Of a stretch of 64,000 bases of DNA, positions 1 through 9,666 are shown one piece after another. This DNA comes from Promethearchaeota archaeon. GTDB lineage: Archaea > Asgardarchaeota > Lokiarchaeia > Sigyniarchaeales > SOKP01. The translations under genes were made by a program, and so were the position numbers. The notes beneath the pieces were generated by a model. The model saw only the letters and a program-made list of their open reading frames with translations, searched no databases and was not told the origin of the DNA. Position 1 is the stretch's first letter. Each line of letters opens with the position of its first letter. The stretch covers positions 132,878-196,877 of the forward strand of contig JBHLNS010000001.1 in NCBI GenBank assembly GCA_048941285.1. The letters are read 5' to 3'.

Positions 1-1059
1 CTTTCAATATTAAGTGAAGATCGAATTGCCTCTTCAGAAGAACTAGCAATTCTTAATTCAAATTATAGAAAACATATACCAATTGATTTTGATAAATCTT
101 TTGTATATACATATGATAATGGAAGTGTAATTTTCAATATATACATAAAAAATACTGGGGATGTCATATTTGGCTTAGATTCAATTTATCTAAAAGAGTC
201 TTTAATAGAAGTTGATAGTGATGATTACTATACAAAAAGTGGGTATCTTAATTTGAATAGCAATAAAGAAGACATAATTATTATAGAAATTGACACAAAT
301 GATCCAGCTGATAAAAAATATAAACTTAGTGGAGAAATTAATGAGGAAATTTTGATATGTATTACTGGAGGTTTTGGAGAGTTAGGAACAGTAGCTTCGG
401 ATATTGGATACATACATACTATTAAGGATGCAGCAAATATTAAAATAATAAAAGAAGTTCAGGGTATTAAGTCATCAATTATTTATGCAAATGAAACGGG
501 AAAAGTTTTAATTAAAAATACAGGAGATGAACCGATAACTCTCGATGAAATCTATGTGAATAATACTTTAGTAAGTAATATGGAATATACTTACGGTGAT
601 TCTTCATTAGCGATGCAAGAATGCGCAATTATAACATTTGACATTCCCGGGTTAACAATTAATAAGTCAGATGAATGTTTAGTAAGAGTAACTACAACCT
701 CTATGGTAGAAACAATCGAAACATTTAATGCATTTGTAGATTCAGCCTATTATGATATCAATATTAATGATGCTGGAACATCGGCATTTGATTCAGGAAG
801 TTTGACAATTTTAGTGAAAAATGATGGAGTGTTTAATGTTACACTTGATTCCGTTTATATTAATAATACATACTTTTCTATAAACGCGTTCTCCTCTGAC
901 AATGGTTATGAAATTACTGGTGGTGATTCCGTAGAATTAACAATCAGTATAGCCATAATCGAATCCAAATTTGGAAGTATTAATGTTGATGATATTTTGG
1001 AAATTTTGGTCCGCACTCTTGAGGGTGCTGAAGATATTCACGAAGAAACTGTGAAATAA
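1..1059 (+). CDS. 5'-truncated extracellular protein with repeated Ig-like (archaeal pilin/FlaF-FlaG-like) domains
   Basis: Frame 1 is open from base 1 to TAA at 1059. Three repeats: IYIKNTGD..LDSIY, VLIKNTGD..LDEIY and ILVKNDG..LDSVY. Acidic, beta-rich composition. Confidence 0.6.
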   Translation, partial: LSILSEDRIASSEELAILNSNYRKHIPIDFDKSFVYTYDNGSVIFNIYIKNTGDVIFGLDSIYLKESLIEVDSDDYYTKSGYLNLNSNKEDIIIIEIDTNDPADKKYKLSGEINEEILICITGGFGELGTVASDIGYIHTIKDAANIKIIKEVQGIKSSIIYANETGKVLIKNTGDEPITLDEIYVNNTLVSNMEYTYGDSSLAMQECAIITFDIPGLTINKSDECLVRVTTTSMVETIETFNAFVDSAYYDININDAGTSAFDSGSLTILVKNDGVFNVTLDSVYINNTYFSINAFSSDNGYEITGGDSVELTISIAIIESKFGSINVDDILEILVRTLEGAEDIHEETVK

Positions 1060-1205
1060 ACAATAATTAATACCATTATTTTTTTCTTATCTATTTTTCG
1101 TAAAAATCATAAGATAATGGTTCATTAGAATATCTATAGACTTATCTTATATATAATGATCTAATTTTATTTATAATTTATATAAAAATAACTTATTTAA
1201 GATAA

Positions 1206-3212
1206 ATGAGCGTCGGTTTTAAATTACAAACGAGTTTTAAACCTTCCGGGGATCAACCTTCAGCGATCTCCACACTTGCTAATAATATAAAAAATGAAAA
1301 ACGATTTCAAACTTTGTTAGGAGCAACTGGAACAGGTAAGACTTTTTCAATTGCAAATATTATTCAAGAAATTCAAAAACCGACTTTAATTATGGCTCCT
1401 AATAAAACATTAGCAGCTCAATTATATAATGAACTAAAAGAGTTATTTCCTGATAATGCCGTTCATTATTTTGTGTCATATTATGATTATTACCAACCAG
1501 AGGCATATATGCCAATTACTGGATTGTATATAGAAAAAGATTTTAGCGTTAATGAAGAAATTGAACGATTACGATTAGCAGCTGCTCATGCTGTGAGGAC
1601 TCGCAGAGATGTTATCGTTGTTGCAACTGTATCATGTATTTATGGCCTAGGTAATCCAGATCTCTGGGAAAAAATTGCCCTTTATTTAGAAGTGGGTATT
1701 AAAATTACAAGATCTGAAATTTTGAAAAAACTCGTTAAAATGAATTATGAACGCAATGAGTTTGAATTTAAACCTGGAAATGTACGAGTAAAAGGAGATA
1801 TTATCGATATTTACCCGGCTTATTTAAATAATGGTGTAAGAGTTTCCTTATTTGGAGATGAAGTCGAATCTATAACAGAAATTAACCCAATATCCAATAA
1901 TCCTATAAATAAAGTCCCAAATTATCGAATTTTCCCGGCTACACATTTTATTATACCGGATGAAAACAAAATTAGAGCTTTAGAGCTTATAGAGGAGGAA
2001 TTGGAAGAACGGATAAAATTTTTTAAAAATAAAAAAAGGTACGCTGAAGCAGAATGGATAGAGAGAAGAGTTAAATTTGATTTGGAAATGATGAAAGAGA
2101 TGGGGTGGTGTAAAGGTATAGAAAATTATTCTAGACCATTGGATGGTAGGCCACCAGGGACACCACCTATGACTTTAGTAGATTATTTTCCAGAGGATTA
2201 TTTAATAGTGGTTGATGAATCTCATATAACTATACCACAAATCCATGGGATGATAGGTGGCGATCGTTCTCGTAAGAAAAATCTTATAGATTATGGATGG
2301 CGTTTACCTAGTGCCTATGATAATAGGCCTCTTACATTTGAAGAATGGGAAAGTAAAATTAAATATATAATATTTATGAGTGCTACTCCGGGAGACTATG
2401 AAATAAAAAAAAGTGAGGGAATTTCAGCTGAACAAATAATTCGGCCAACAGGTTTAGTAGATCCTATGGTCGAAATCAGACCTGCTAAGAACCAAATTGA
2501 CGATTTGTTAGGTGAAATTAGAAAAGTTATTGAAAAAAATGGTAGAACGCTTATAACAACTCTAACTAAAAGAATGTCTGAAGATATTGCAGAGTATTAT
2601 AATGAATTAGGATTGAAAATAACATATTTACATTCGGAAGTTGATACCGTAGAGCGGTTTGAAATTTTACGTCAGCTAAGAGATGGAACATATGATGTTT
2701 TAGTGGGAATTAATCTCTTACGAGAAGGATTAGATCTGCCTGAAGTTCAACTAGTAGCAATTTTAGACGCAGATAAACTTGGATTTTTAAGAGATAATCG
2801 TTCACTAATTCAAACAATTGGTAGAGCATCTAGAAATGTAGATGGAAAAGCAATTTTGTATGCAGATAAGATTTCACCATCAATGAAAGCTGCAATAGAT
2901 GAAACAAATAGAAGAAGAGATAAGCAAATTAAATATAACGAAGAAAATGACATTACTCCTCAAACGATTAAAAAAAATATATTACAATCTCTTTCAGAGG
3001 AGCAAGAATTTAAAGATAAGGAAATTAAAAAATTAAAGCAAGTTGTTAAAGATAAGATAAAACAATTAGAAAGAGAGGGAGATTTTGATATAGTTATTCA
3101 ATTTTTAGAAAACAAAATGTTCATGGCAGCGAAAGAACTTAGATTTGAAGATGCTGCTTATTTAAGGGACAAAATAAAAGAAATAAAGGAAACTAACAAA
3201 ATAAAAGCGTGA
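1206..3212 (+). CDS. uvrB: Excinuclease ABC subunit B
   Basis: GATGTGKT Walker A, YYDYYQPEAY beta-hairpin, DESH, C-terminal UVR motif (LRFEDAAYLRD). Confidence 0.98.
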   Translation: MSVGFKLQTSFKPSGDQPSAISTLANNIKNEKRFQTLLGATGTGKTFSIANIIQEIQKPTLIMAPNKTLAAQLYNELKELFPDNAVHYFVSYYDYYQPEAYMPITGLYIEKDFSVNEEIERLRLAAAHAVRTRRDVIVVATVSCIYGLGNPDLWEKIALYLEVGIKITRSEILKKLVKMNYERNEFEFKPGNVRVKGDIIDIYPAYLNNGVRVSLFGDEVESITEINPISNNPINKVPNYRIFPATHFIIPDENKIRALELIEEELEERIKFFKNKKRYAEAEWIERRVKFDLEMMKEMGWCKGIENYSRPLDGRPPGTPPMTLVDYFPEDYLIVVDESHITIPQIHGMIGGDRSRKKNLIDYGWRLPSAYDNRPLTFEEWESKIKYIIFMSATPGDYEIKKSEGISAEQIIRPTGLVDPMVEIRPAKNQIDDLLGEIRKVIEKNGRTLITTLTKRMSEDIAEYYNELGLKITYLHSEVDTVERFEILRQLRDGTYDVLVGINLLREGLDLPEVQLVAILDADKLGFLRDNRSLIQTIGRASRNVDGKAILYADKISPSMKAAIDETNRRRDKQIKYNEENDITPQTIKKNILQSLSEEQEFKDKEIKKLKQVVKDKIKQLEREGDFDIVIQFLENKMFMAAKELRFEDAAYLRDKIKEIKETNKIKA

Positions 3213-3253
3213 AATTTTTCTGATATCTTTAATTTAAAAATGTAGAATATAGA

Positions 3254-6127
3254 ATGACGGAAAACTCAATAATAATAAAAGGAGCAAGGCAGAACAATTT
3301 AAAAAATATTGACGTTATAATCCCACGAAATAAATTAGTTGTTATCACAGGGATTAGTGGAAGCGGAAAAAGCAGTTTGGCAATGGATACTCTATATGCT
3401 GAAGGTCAACGAAGATTTCTTGAATCCCTCTCAAGTTATGCTAGACAATTTCTAGGTGAAATGGATAAACCTGATGTTGATTCAATAGAAGGATTATCCC
3501 CTGCGATTGCAATTGAGCAAAAGCCACTCTCAAAAAATCCAAGAAGTACAGTTGGTACTGTAACCGAAATATATGATTATTATCGACTACTATTTGCTAA
3601 TGTTGGTACCCCACATTGCCCAAATTGTGGAAAAGAGATAAAACCTCAAACACCTCAACAAATAATTCAACAAATATTAAATTCTGTAGATGATGACCAA
3701 AAATTTTTAATTAAAGCTCCAATCATAAGAGGGAGAAAGGGAGAATATAAAGAACTTTTACAGGATTTAAAGAAACAAGGATATCTAAGAGTAGAAGTTG
3801 ATGGAATTCAATATACACTAGATGAAGACATTTCAATGGAGAAAAACATCAAACATAATATAAACGTAATAATTGATAGGTTAGTTATGCGAAATGATAT
3901 TAAGACAAGACTCGCAGATTCAATTGAAACAGCATTAGAACTAACAGATGGTTTAGTCACTATTGAAATTGTTGACAAAGGGGAACAGATTTATTCTGAA
4001 CATCTCGCTTGTATTGATTGCGGGATATCATTTCCACCAATAGATCACAAAATGTTTTCATTTAACATTCCTCATGGAAGTTGTAAATATTGTAGTGGTT
4101 TAGGCAATGTCATGGAATTTGATTATGCTTTACTATTAGGAAATGATTTAGAGAATACTTTAGAAGAAACTCCCATTAGAGATATCCCAGGATTTGGATC
4201 TGAGAATGGTTATTCATGGCAAACAATAGTTCAGGTTGCTAAACATTATGGATTTGACACTAATATCACCCCAATTAAAGATATTGATCCTAAGAAGCTT
4301 CACAAAATACTATTTGGATCAGAAGATGAAGCAATAAATTTTCATTTTGAAAATGATAATAATGAATATAGAAATCATAACGGCGAATATAAATCTTCTT
4401 GGCAAGTTACACGACCTTTTGAGGGAATAATTTCAATTCTTCATAGGAGATATATGGAAACGCGTTCAGAATGGGCTCGGGATGTTTATGAGGGTTTTAT
4501 GAATAGAATAGATTGCCCACAGTGTAAAGGTCAAAGATTGAAACCAGAAAGTTTAGCAGTAACAGTTAATAGTCTTAATATTGCTGAATTATCTGCCTTA
4601 TCAGTAAAGGATTCCTTAAAATTCTTTAAAGATTTAAAATTAAGTGAAATTGAAAAGAAAATTGTTAAAGAAGTATTAAAAGAGATTTTTGATAGACTAT
4701 CTTTCCTCGAAAACGTAGGTTTAGATTATATTTCATTAAACCGAAGATCAGATACTTTATCTGTTGGAGAAGCTGAAAGAATTCGATTAGCGACTCAATT
4801 AGGTTCTAGCTTAGTAGGTGTTTTATACGTTTTAGATGAGCCTAGTATAGGACTTCATCAAAGAGATATTAATCGCCTTATCAATATGCTAAAAAAATTA
4901 AGAGACTTGGGAAATACTGTTATTGTGGTGGAACATGATGAGGCGATTATGCGGAATGCCGATCACATTATTGATTTAGGTCCTTTAGCGGGTGAAAAAG
5001 GAGGGGAAATAGTCGCTCAAGGGGCTATAGAAATTATAACCAATTCAAAAACTTTAACTGGAGAATACTTATCAGGAAAAAGAAAAATTCTAATCCCAAA
5101 AAAAAGACGAAGTTTGGGCAAGGAATATATTGAAATAACAGGAGCGAAAGAAAACAATTTAAAAGATATTGACGTTAAAATTCCCCTAGGTTTATTCACA
5201 TGTATAACAGGAGTTTCAGGGGCGGGAAAAACTAGTTTGATTATAGATTGTTTATATAATGGGCTTCATAACTTAATAAATACTCGTAGTTCAAAAGTCA
5301 GTGAGGGTAATTTTGATAAAATAATTGGATATGAAAATATTGATAAAATTATAAATATTGACCAATCCCCAATAGGAAGAACTCCAAGATCAGTCCCTGC
5401 TACTTATACAAAAGCATTAGATTATATTAGAGAAATATTTGCTGGATTACCAGAATCAAGGGAAAGGGGCTATCAGAAAGGTCGATTTAGTTTTAACACA
5501 AAATCTGGGCATTGCAAAAAATGTAAAGGTACAGGTTATATTCTAAAAGAAATGTATTTTTTACCAGATGTCTACATAAAGTGTGATTTATGTAAAGGAA
5601 AAAGATATAATGCTGAAACATTAGACATTAAGTATCATGAGAAATCGATATATGATGTATTGAAAATGACTTTCCATCAAGCATTAGAATTTTTTGAAAA
5701 TATTCCAAATTTAAAAAGAACAATTAAAACAGTAGTAGATGTTGGATTGGGTTATTTAGAATTGGGACAATCTTCTACTACTCTCAGTGGTGGAGAATCA
5801 CAACGTCTAAAAATTGCTAGAGAATTGAGAAAAACTAGCACAGGAAACACACTTTATATACTAGACGAGCCTACAACGGGTCTTAGCTCTTTTGATATTA
5901 ACTATCTCCTGAAAGTCCTTCAAAAATTAGTAGATAAAGGTAATACAGTAATTATAATTGAACATAATATGGATATTATAAAATCAGTAGATTACATTAT
6001 TGATCTTGGTCCTGAAGGGGGAGAAAAAGGAGGTGATATTGTGGCAATAGGAACTCCAGAAGAAATTATTAAAATTGATAGTTCTTTTACTGCTCAATAT
6101 TTAAAAACATATCTCAATAGCAATTGA
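3254..6127 (+). CDS. uvrA: Excinuclease ABC subunit A
   Basis: Two ABC ATPase modules (GISGSGKS, GVSGAGKT; LSGGE), CxxC zinc fingers, DQSPIGRTPRS. Confidence 0.98.
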   Translation: MTENSIIIKGARQNNLKNIDVIIPRNKLVVITGISGSGKSSLAMDTLYAEGQRRFLESLSSYARQFLGEMDKPDVDSIEGLSPAIAIEQKPLSKNPRSTVGTVTEIYDYYRLLFANVGTPHCPNCGKEIKPQTPQQIIQQILNSVDDDQKFLIKAPIIRGRKGEYKELLQDLKKQGYLRVEVDGIQYTLDEDISMEKNIKHNINVIIDRLVMRNDIKTRLADSIETALELTDGLVTIEIVDKGEQIYSEHLACIDCGISFPPIDHKMFSFNIPHGSCKYCSGLGNVMEFDYALLLGNDLENTLEETPIRDIPGFGSENGYSWQTIVQVAKHYGFDTNITPIKDIDPKKLHKILFGSEDEAINFHFENDNNEYRNHNGEYKSSWQVTRPFEGIISILHRRYMETRSEWARDVYEGFMNRIDCPQCKGQRLKPESLAVTVNSLNIAELSALSVKDSLKFFKDLKLSEIEKKIVKEVLKEIFDRLSFLENVGLDYISLNRRSDTLSVGEAERIRLATQLGSSLVGVLYVLDEPSIGLHQRDINRLINMLKKLRDLGNTVIVVEHDEAIMRNADHIIDLGPLAGEKGGEIVAQGAIEIITNSKTLTGEYLSGKRKILIPKKRRSLGKEYIEITGAKENNLKDIDVKIPLGLFTCITGVSGAGKTSLIIDCLYNGLHNLINTRSSKVSEGNFDKIIGYENIDKIINIDQSPIGRTPRSVPATYTKALDYIREIFAGLPESRERGYQKGRFSFNTKSGHCKKCKGTGYILKEMYFLPDVYIKCDLCKGKRYNAETLDIKYHEKSIYDVLKMTFHQALEFFENIPNLKRTIKTVVDVGLGYLELGQSSTTLSGGESQRLKIARELRKTSTGNTLYILDEPTTGLSSFDINYLLKVLQKLVDKGNTVIIIEHNMDIIKSVDYIIDLGPEGGEKGGDIVAIGTPEEIIKIDSSFTAQYLKTYLNSN

Positions 6128-6246
6128 TCGTATTTTTTTCCATTATAACTTCTCAGGTTTTAAAATAAAATTCTAAACTTATAGAATATATTAATATATT
6201 ATAATAAGATTTTTTTAAAAACATAAAATGAGATTCGTGCTACGAA

Positions 6247-8052
6247 ATGACCGAAGATGAGAATAAGATAATCAGAGCGCCAATTGTTTGTATACTTGGC
6301 CATATAGACCATGGAAAAACCACTATTCTAGATTATATTAGAGGTACAGTTGTCCAACAAAGAGAAGCTGCGGGAATTACCCAACATATTGGTGCTTCTT
6401 ATTTTCCAACCCAAGATATAAAAGAATTTTTAAGAAAATCTAAACAAGAATTTGCTGAAAAAGAAATAAAGCTTCCAGGAATATTAGTTGTTGACACACC
6501 TGGTCATGCTGCTTTTTTAAACTTAAGAAGAAGGGGAGGAGCAGTAGCAGATATTGCAATTTTAGTTATTGATGTCACCGCTGGAACAATGCCCATAACT
6601 TGGGAATCAGTTCGGATTTTACGAGAGAGAAAAACTCCGTTTGTCATTGCTGCTAATAAAATAGATAGAATATCTGGATGGAAATCAAAAAAAGATGCGG
6701 ATTTTCTTGATTCCTACAATTCTCAAAAACCACACGTTAAAGATTTTTTGGATGAAAAGATATTACAAATTATTGGAAATTTCTTAGAAGAAGGCTTTAA
6801 GGGAATTGATCGTTATGATAAAATAAAAGATTTCACTAAAAAAATTGCTATAGTACCTACAAGTGGAAAAACGGGAGAGGGAATCTCAACACTTTTAATG
6901 ATTTTAATGGGACTAGTTCAACAGTATTTAACTTCAAATCTTAGATTTTCTGAGGGCCCCGCGAAAGGAGTTGTTTTAGAGGTCAAAAAAGAAAAAGGTC
7001 AAGGAAAAACCATGGATGTTCTTATATATGATGGCTTAATTAATAAAGGTGATGAGTTTATCGTTGGTGGATTAGAAAAACCTATCAAATCTAAAGCAAG
7101 AGCCTTATTAATTCCTAAACCATTGGACGAGATTCGGGATCCAAGGCAAAAATTTGATTCTGTTGATGTTATAAATGCTGCAGCTGGCATTAAAATACTT
7201 GCACCTAATATTGATGATGTAGTGGCTGGATCTCCATTTAGAGGGATATCGGATCCTTCTGAAGAGAAATCTGTTTATGAAGAGATAGAAGCAGAAGTAG
7301 AAAGTATTAGGATAAAAACTGATAAAGCTGGGGTAGTTTTGAAAGCAGACACATTAGGTTCACTTGAAGCACTTGAAAATCACTTTACAAAAAATGGGGT
7401 TAAAATTAGTGTTGCTGATGTCGGTCCGATTAAAAAGGAAGATATAATTAATGCAAATATTGTTAAACAATTAGATCCCTATTCTGCTGCAGTTTTAGGA
7501 TTTAATGTTCAGCTTTTACCTGAAGCTAAAGAACAAGCAATTATTGATAATATAAGAATTTTCACGAATAATGTTATTTATCGATTATTGGAAGAATATA
7601 TTGAGTATGCAGAAACTAGAAGAGCCGAAGACACTGCTAAAGGGTTAAGTGAACTTATATTGCCTGCAAAAATCAAAATGCTTCCTGATTTCATATTTCG
7701 AAATTCTGATCCTGCAGTTTTTGGTGTACATGTTGAGGCAGGGACTTTATATCCAAAAGTCCAATTAATAACTGACAAAGGTAAAAGAGTTAGAAGAGTT
7801 CATCAAATTCAAGATAAAGGTCAAACTCTCGATAAAGCGCCTAAAGATTCAGAAGTTGCAATCTCAATTCGCGGAATTGAAATTGGGCGAGATATGGGGA
7901 AAGATGAAATCTTATTTGTAAATATTCCCGAATCTCATGTTAGACAGCTAATGGGTCGATTTATCAACGAATTAACTAGTGATCAAAAACAGGCATTAAG
8001 AGAATTTGTCACTTTGATGCGAAAAACAAATCATCCTTGGTGGGGATTTTAG
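6247..8052 (+). CDS. infB: Translation initiation factor aIF5B (IF-2)
   Basis: GHIDHGKT, GITQHIGAS, DTPGH, NKID, KADTLGSLEAL. Confidence 0.97.
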   Translation: MTEDENKIIRAPIVCILGHIDHGKTTILDYIRGTVVQQREAAGITQHIGASYFPTQDIKEFLRKSKQEFAEKEIKLPGILVVDTPGHAAFLNLRRRGGAVADIAILVIDVTAGTMPITWESVRILRERKTPFVIAANKIDRISGWKSKKDADFLDSYNSQKPHVKDFLDEKILQIIGNFLEEGFKGIDRYDKIKDFTKKIAIVPTSGKTGEGISTLLMILMGLVQQYLTSNLRFSEGPAKGVVLEVKKEKGQGKTMDVLIYDGLINKGDEFIVGGLEKPIKSKARALLIPKPLDEIRDPRQKFDSVDVINAAAGIKILAPNIDDVVAGSPFRGISDPSEEKSVYEEIEAEVESIRIKTDKAGVVLKADTLGSLEALENHFTKNGVKISVADVGPIKKEDIINANIVKQLDPYSAAVLGFNVQLLPEAKEQAIIDNIRIFTNNVIYRLLEEYIEYAETRRAEDTAKGLSELILPAKIKMLPDFIFRNSDPAVFGVHVEAGTLYPKVQLITDKGKRVRRVHQIQDKGQTLDKAPKDSEVAISIRGIEIGRDMGKDEILFVNIPESHVRQLMGRFINELTSDQKQALREFVTLMRKTNHPWWGF

Positions 8053-8122
8053 ACTCGATTTTAGTAGTTTAACCTATTATTAATACATATAAGATTGAAA
8101 AAAAATTATTTAAACCAACTTT

Positions 8123-9580
8123 ATGGCTACTATAAATGATATTTTAAGTGAAGTATTAAAAGAGATTACGCCAACAAGTCAAGAAATTGATCGAATCAAT
8201 CAGATTTCTAAAAATCTTGAACAATTACTAGATAAAAAAGCTAAAGAGTTGAAAATTAAATATAATAAAATTGAACCTCAAGGATCAACTGGAATTAAAC
8301 AAACACAGGTAAAAAATGATTTTGATATCGATCTCTTTATAGGATTAGACTATAATCAATATAAACCAAAATATAAGGGTTTGAGTAAAAGCAAATTAAA
8401 AAAAAAATCAAAAAAAGATTTTTTGGCGTTATGCAATAAATGGATTCTCCAAAGTCTTACACTAAATGAATTCCATAATCCTCGCCTCTTATATGCAGAG
8501 CATCCGTATGTAACAGTAGATTACATTTTAAAAAATATAAAAATTAAGGTCGATATTGTTTTATATTTTGATTTAGAGTTAGAATATATTAAGGAACATG
8601 GACCTATTACTGCAGTTGACAGATCCCCTTGGCATGGCTACTTTGTCAGAGATAAATTAGATCCTAAACAAAAGAATGATGTAAGGCTTTTAAAGCAATT
8701 CTTTAAAGCTTGTTATAGTTATGGTGATAAAAGCGCCGTAGGCAGAGTTGGTTTTATTGGATATAGTGCTGAATTATTAATTTATTATTTTAACGATTTT
8801 ATTACTTTATTTGAGAATTTTACTGAATTAGACAAGAAACCACTAGATTATTATCACAGAAATAAGGATGAATTAAATAAAATTGTTCACTTTCAAAATG
8901 ATTATCTTATTATTGTAGATCCAATAGATAAGAATCGAAATGTTGCGTCTGCAATATCCGATAGAGCATTTAAATATTGTAATCAGAAAATAAATGAATT
9001 CTTAGAACATCCAAGCATAGAATTTTTTGAACTTAAACCAATACCCGAAGTTGATTTATCTAATAAAGATGATCCTCTCCTTTCGAAAATTTATATTATT
9101 GAATTACAGAATATTGATTATGATCTCCATTATACTATTAATAGAGATAAATTATATTCTCTGGGAGAAGGCATTAAAGCTAATGGAGAAAAAGAATTTT
9201 CTCATGTAGATCGCTTTGGAACAATTATATTTGAAGTATACTTCGAAGATGATAAGAATCAGTATAATATAGCCATTTTTTGCGAAAAACCTCAAATAGA
9301 TGAATCTTATATTCGCAAAGGACCTCCCATGACAGAAGAAAGACACGTTGTTAATTTCCAAAAAAAAAATCCAAAATATTTTGAAAGGAACGGTCATTTA
9401 TGGGTAGAAACTGTCAGAGATTTTAATAATTTCTCTGATTTTTTAAAAGAATTTGTTAAAGATAAAATTCCTGATAATTTTAATATTAAAAATATCTCGA
9501 CTGCATTTCAAACCCGTAGTTCTTCGGGGAAAAAAACAATAAATATATTGAGAAATATTATTTTGCCTCTTTATATTTAA
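8123..9580 (+). CDS. cca: Archaeal (class I) CCA-adding enzyme
   Basis: QGS...DFDIDLF nucleotidyltransferase motif, YAEHPYV, TAVDRSPWH, GFIGYSAELLI, DPIDKNRNVASA. Confidence 0.93.
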   Translation: MATINDILSEVLKEITPTSQEIDRINQISKNLEQLLDKKAKELKIKYNKIEPQGSTGIKQTQVKNDFDIDLFIGLDYNQYKPKYKGLSKSKLKKKSKKDFLALCNKWILQSLTLNEFHNPRLLYAEHPYVTVDYILKNIKIKVDIVLYFDLELEYIKEHGPITAVDRSPWHGYFVRDKLDPKQKNDVRLLKQFFKACYSYGDKSAVGRVGFIGYSAELLIYYFNDFITLFENFTELDKKPLDYYHRNKDELNKIVHFQNDYLIIVDPIDKNRNVASAISDRAFKYCNQKINEFLEHPSIEFFELKPIPEVDLSNKDDPLLSKIYIIELQNIDYDLHYTINRDKLYSLGEGIKANGEKEFSHVDRFGTIIFEVYFEDDKNQYNIAIFCEKPQIDESYIRKGPPMTEERHVVNFQKKNPKYFERNGHLWVETVRDFNNFSDFLKEFVKDKIPDNFNIKNISTAFQTRSSSGKKTINILRNIILPLYI

Positions 9581-9666
9581 ATTCATAAAATTTTTATGAT
9601 TTCCCGAATTCTTTTCCATAATTATAACATGAGAATTTAATTTAATACATACGACGTGAACTAAAT

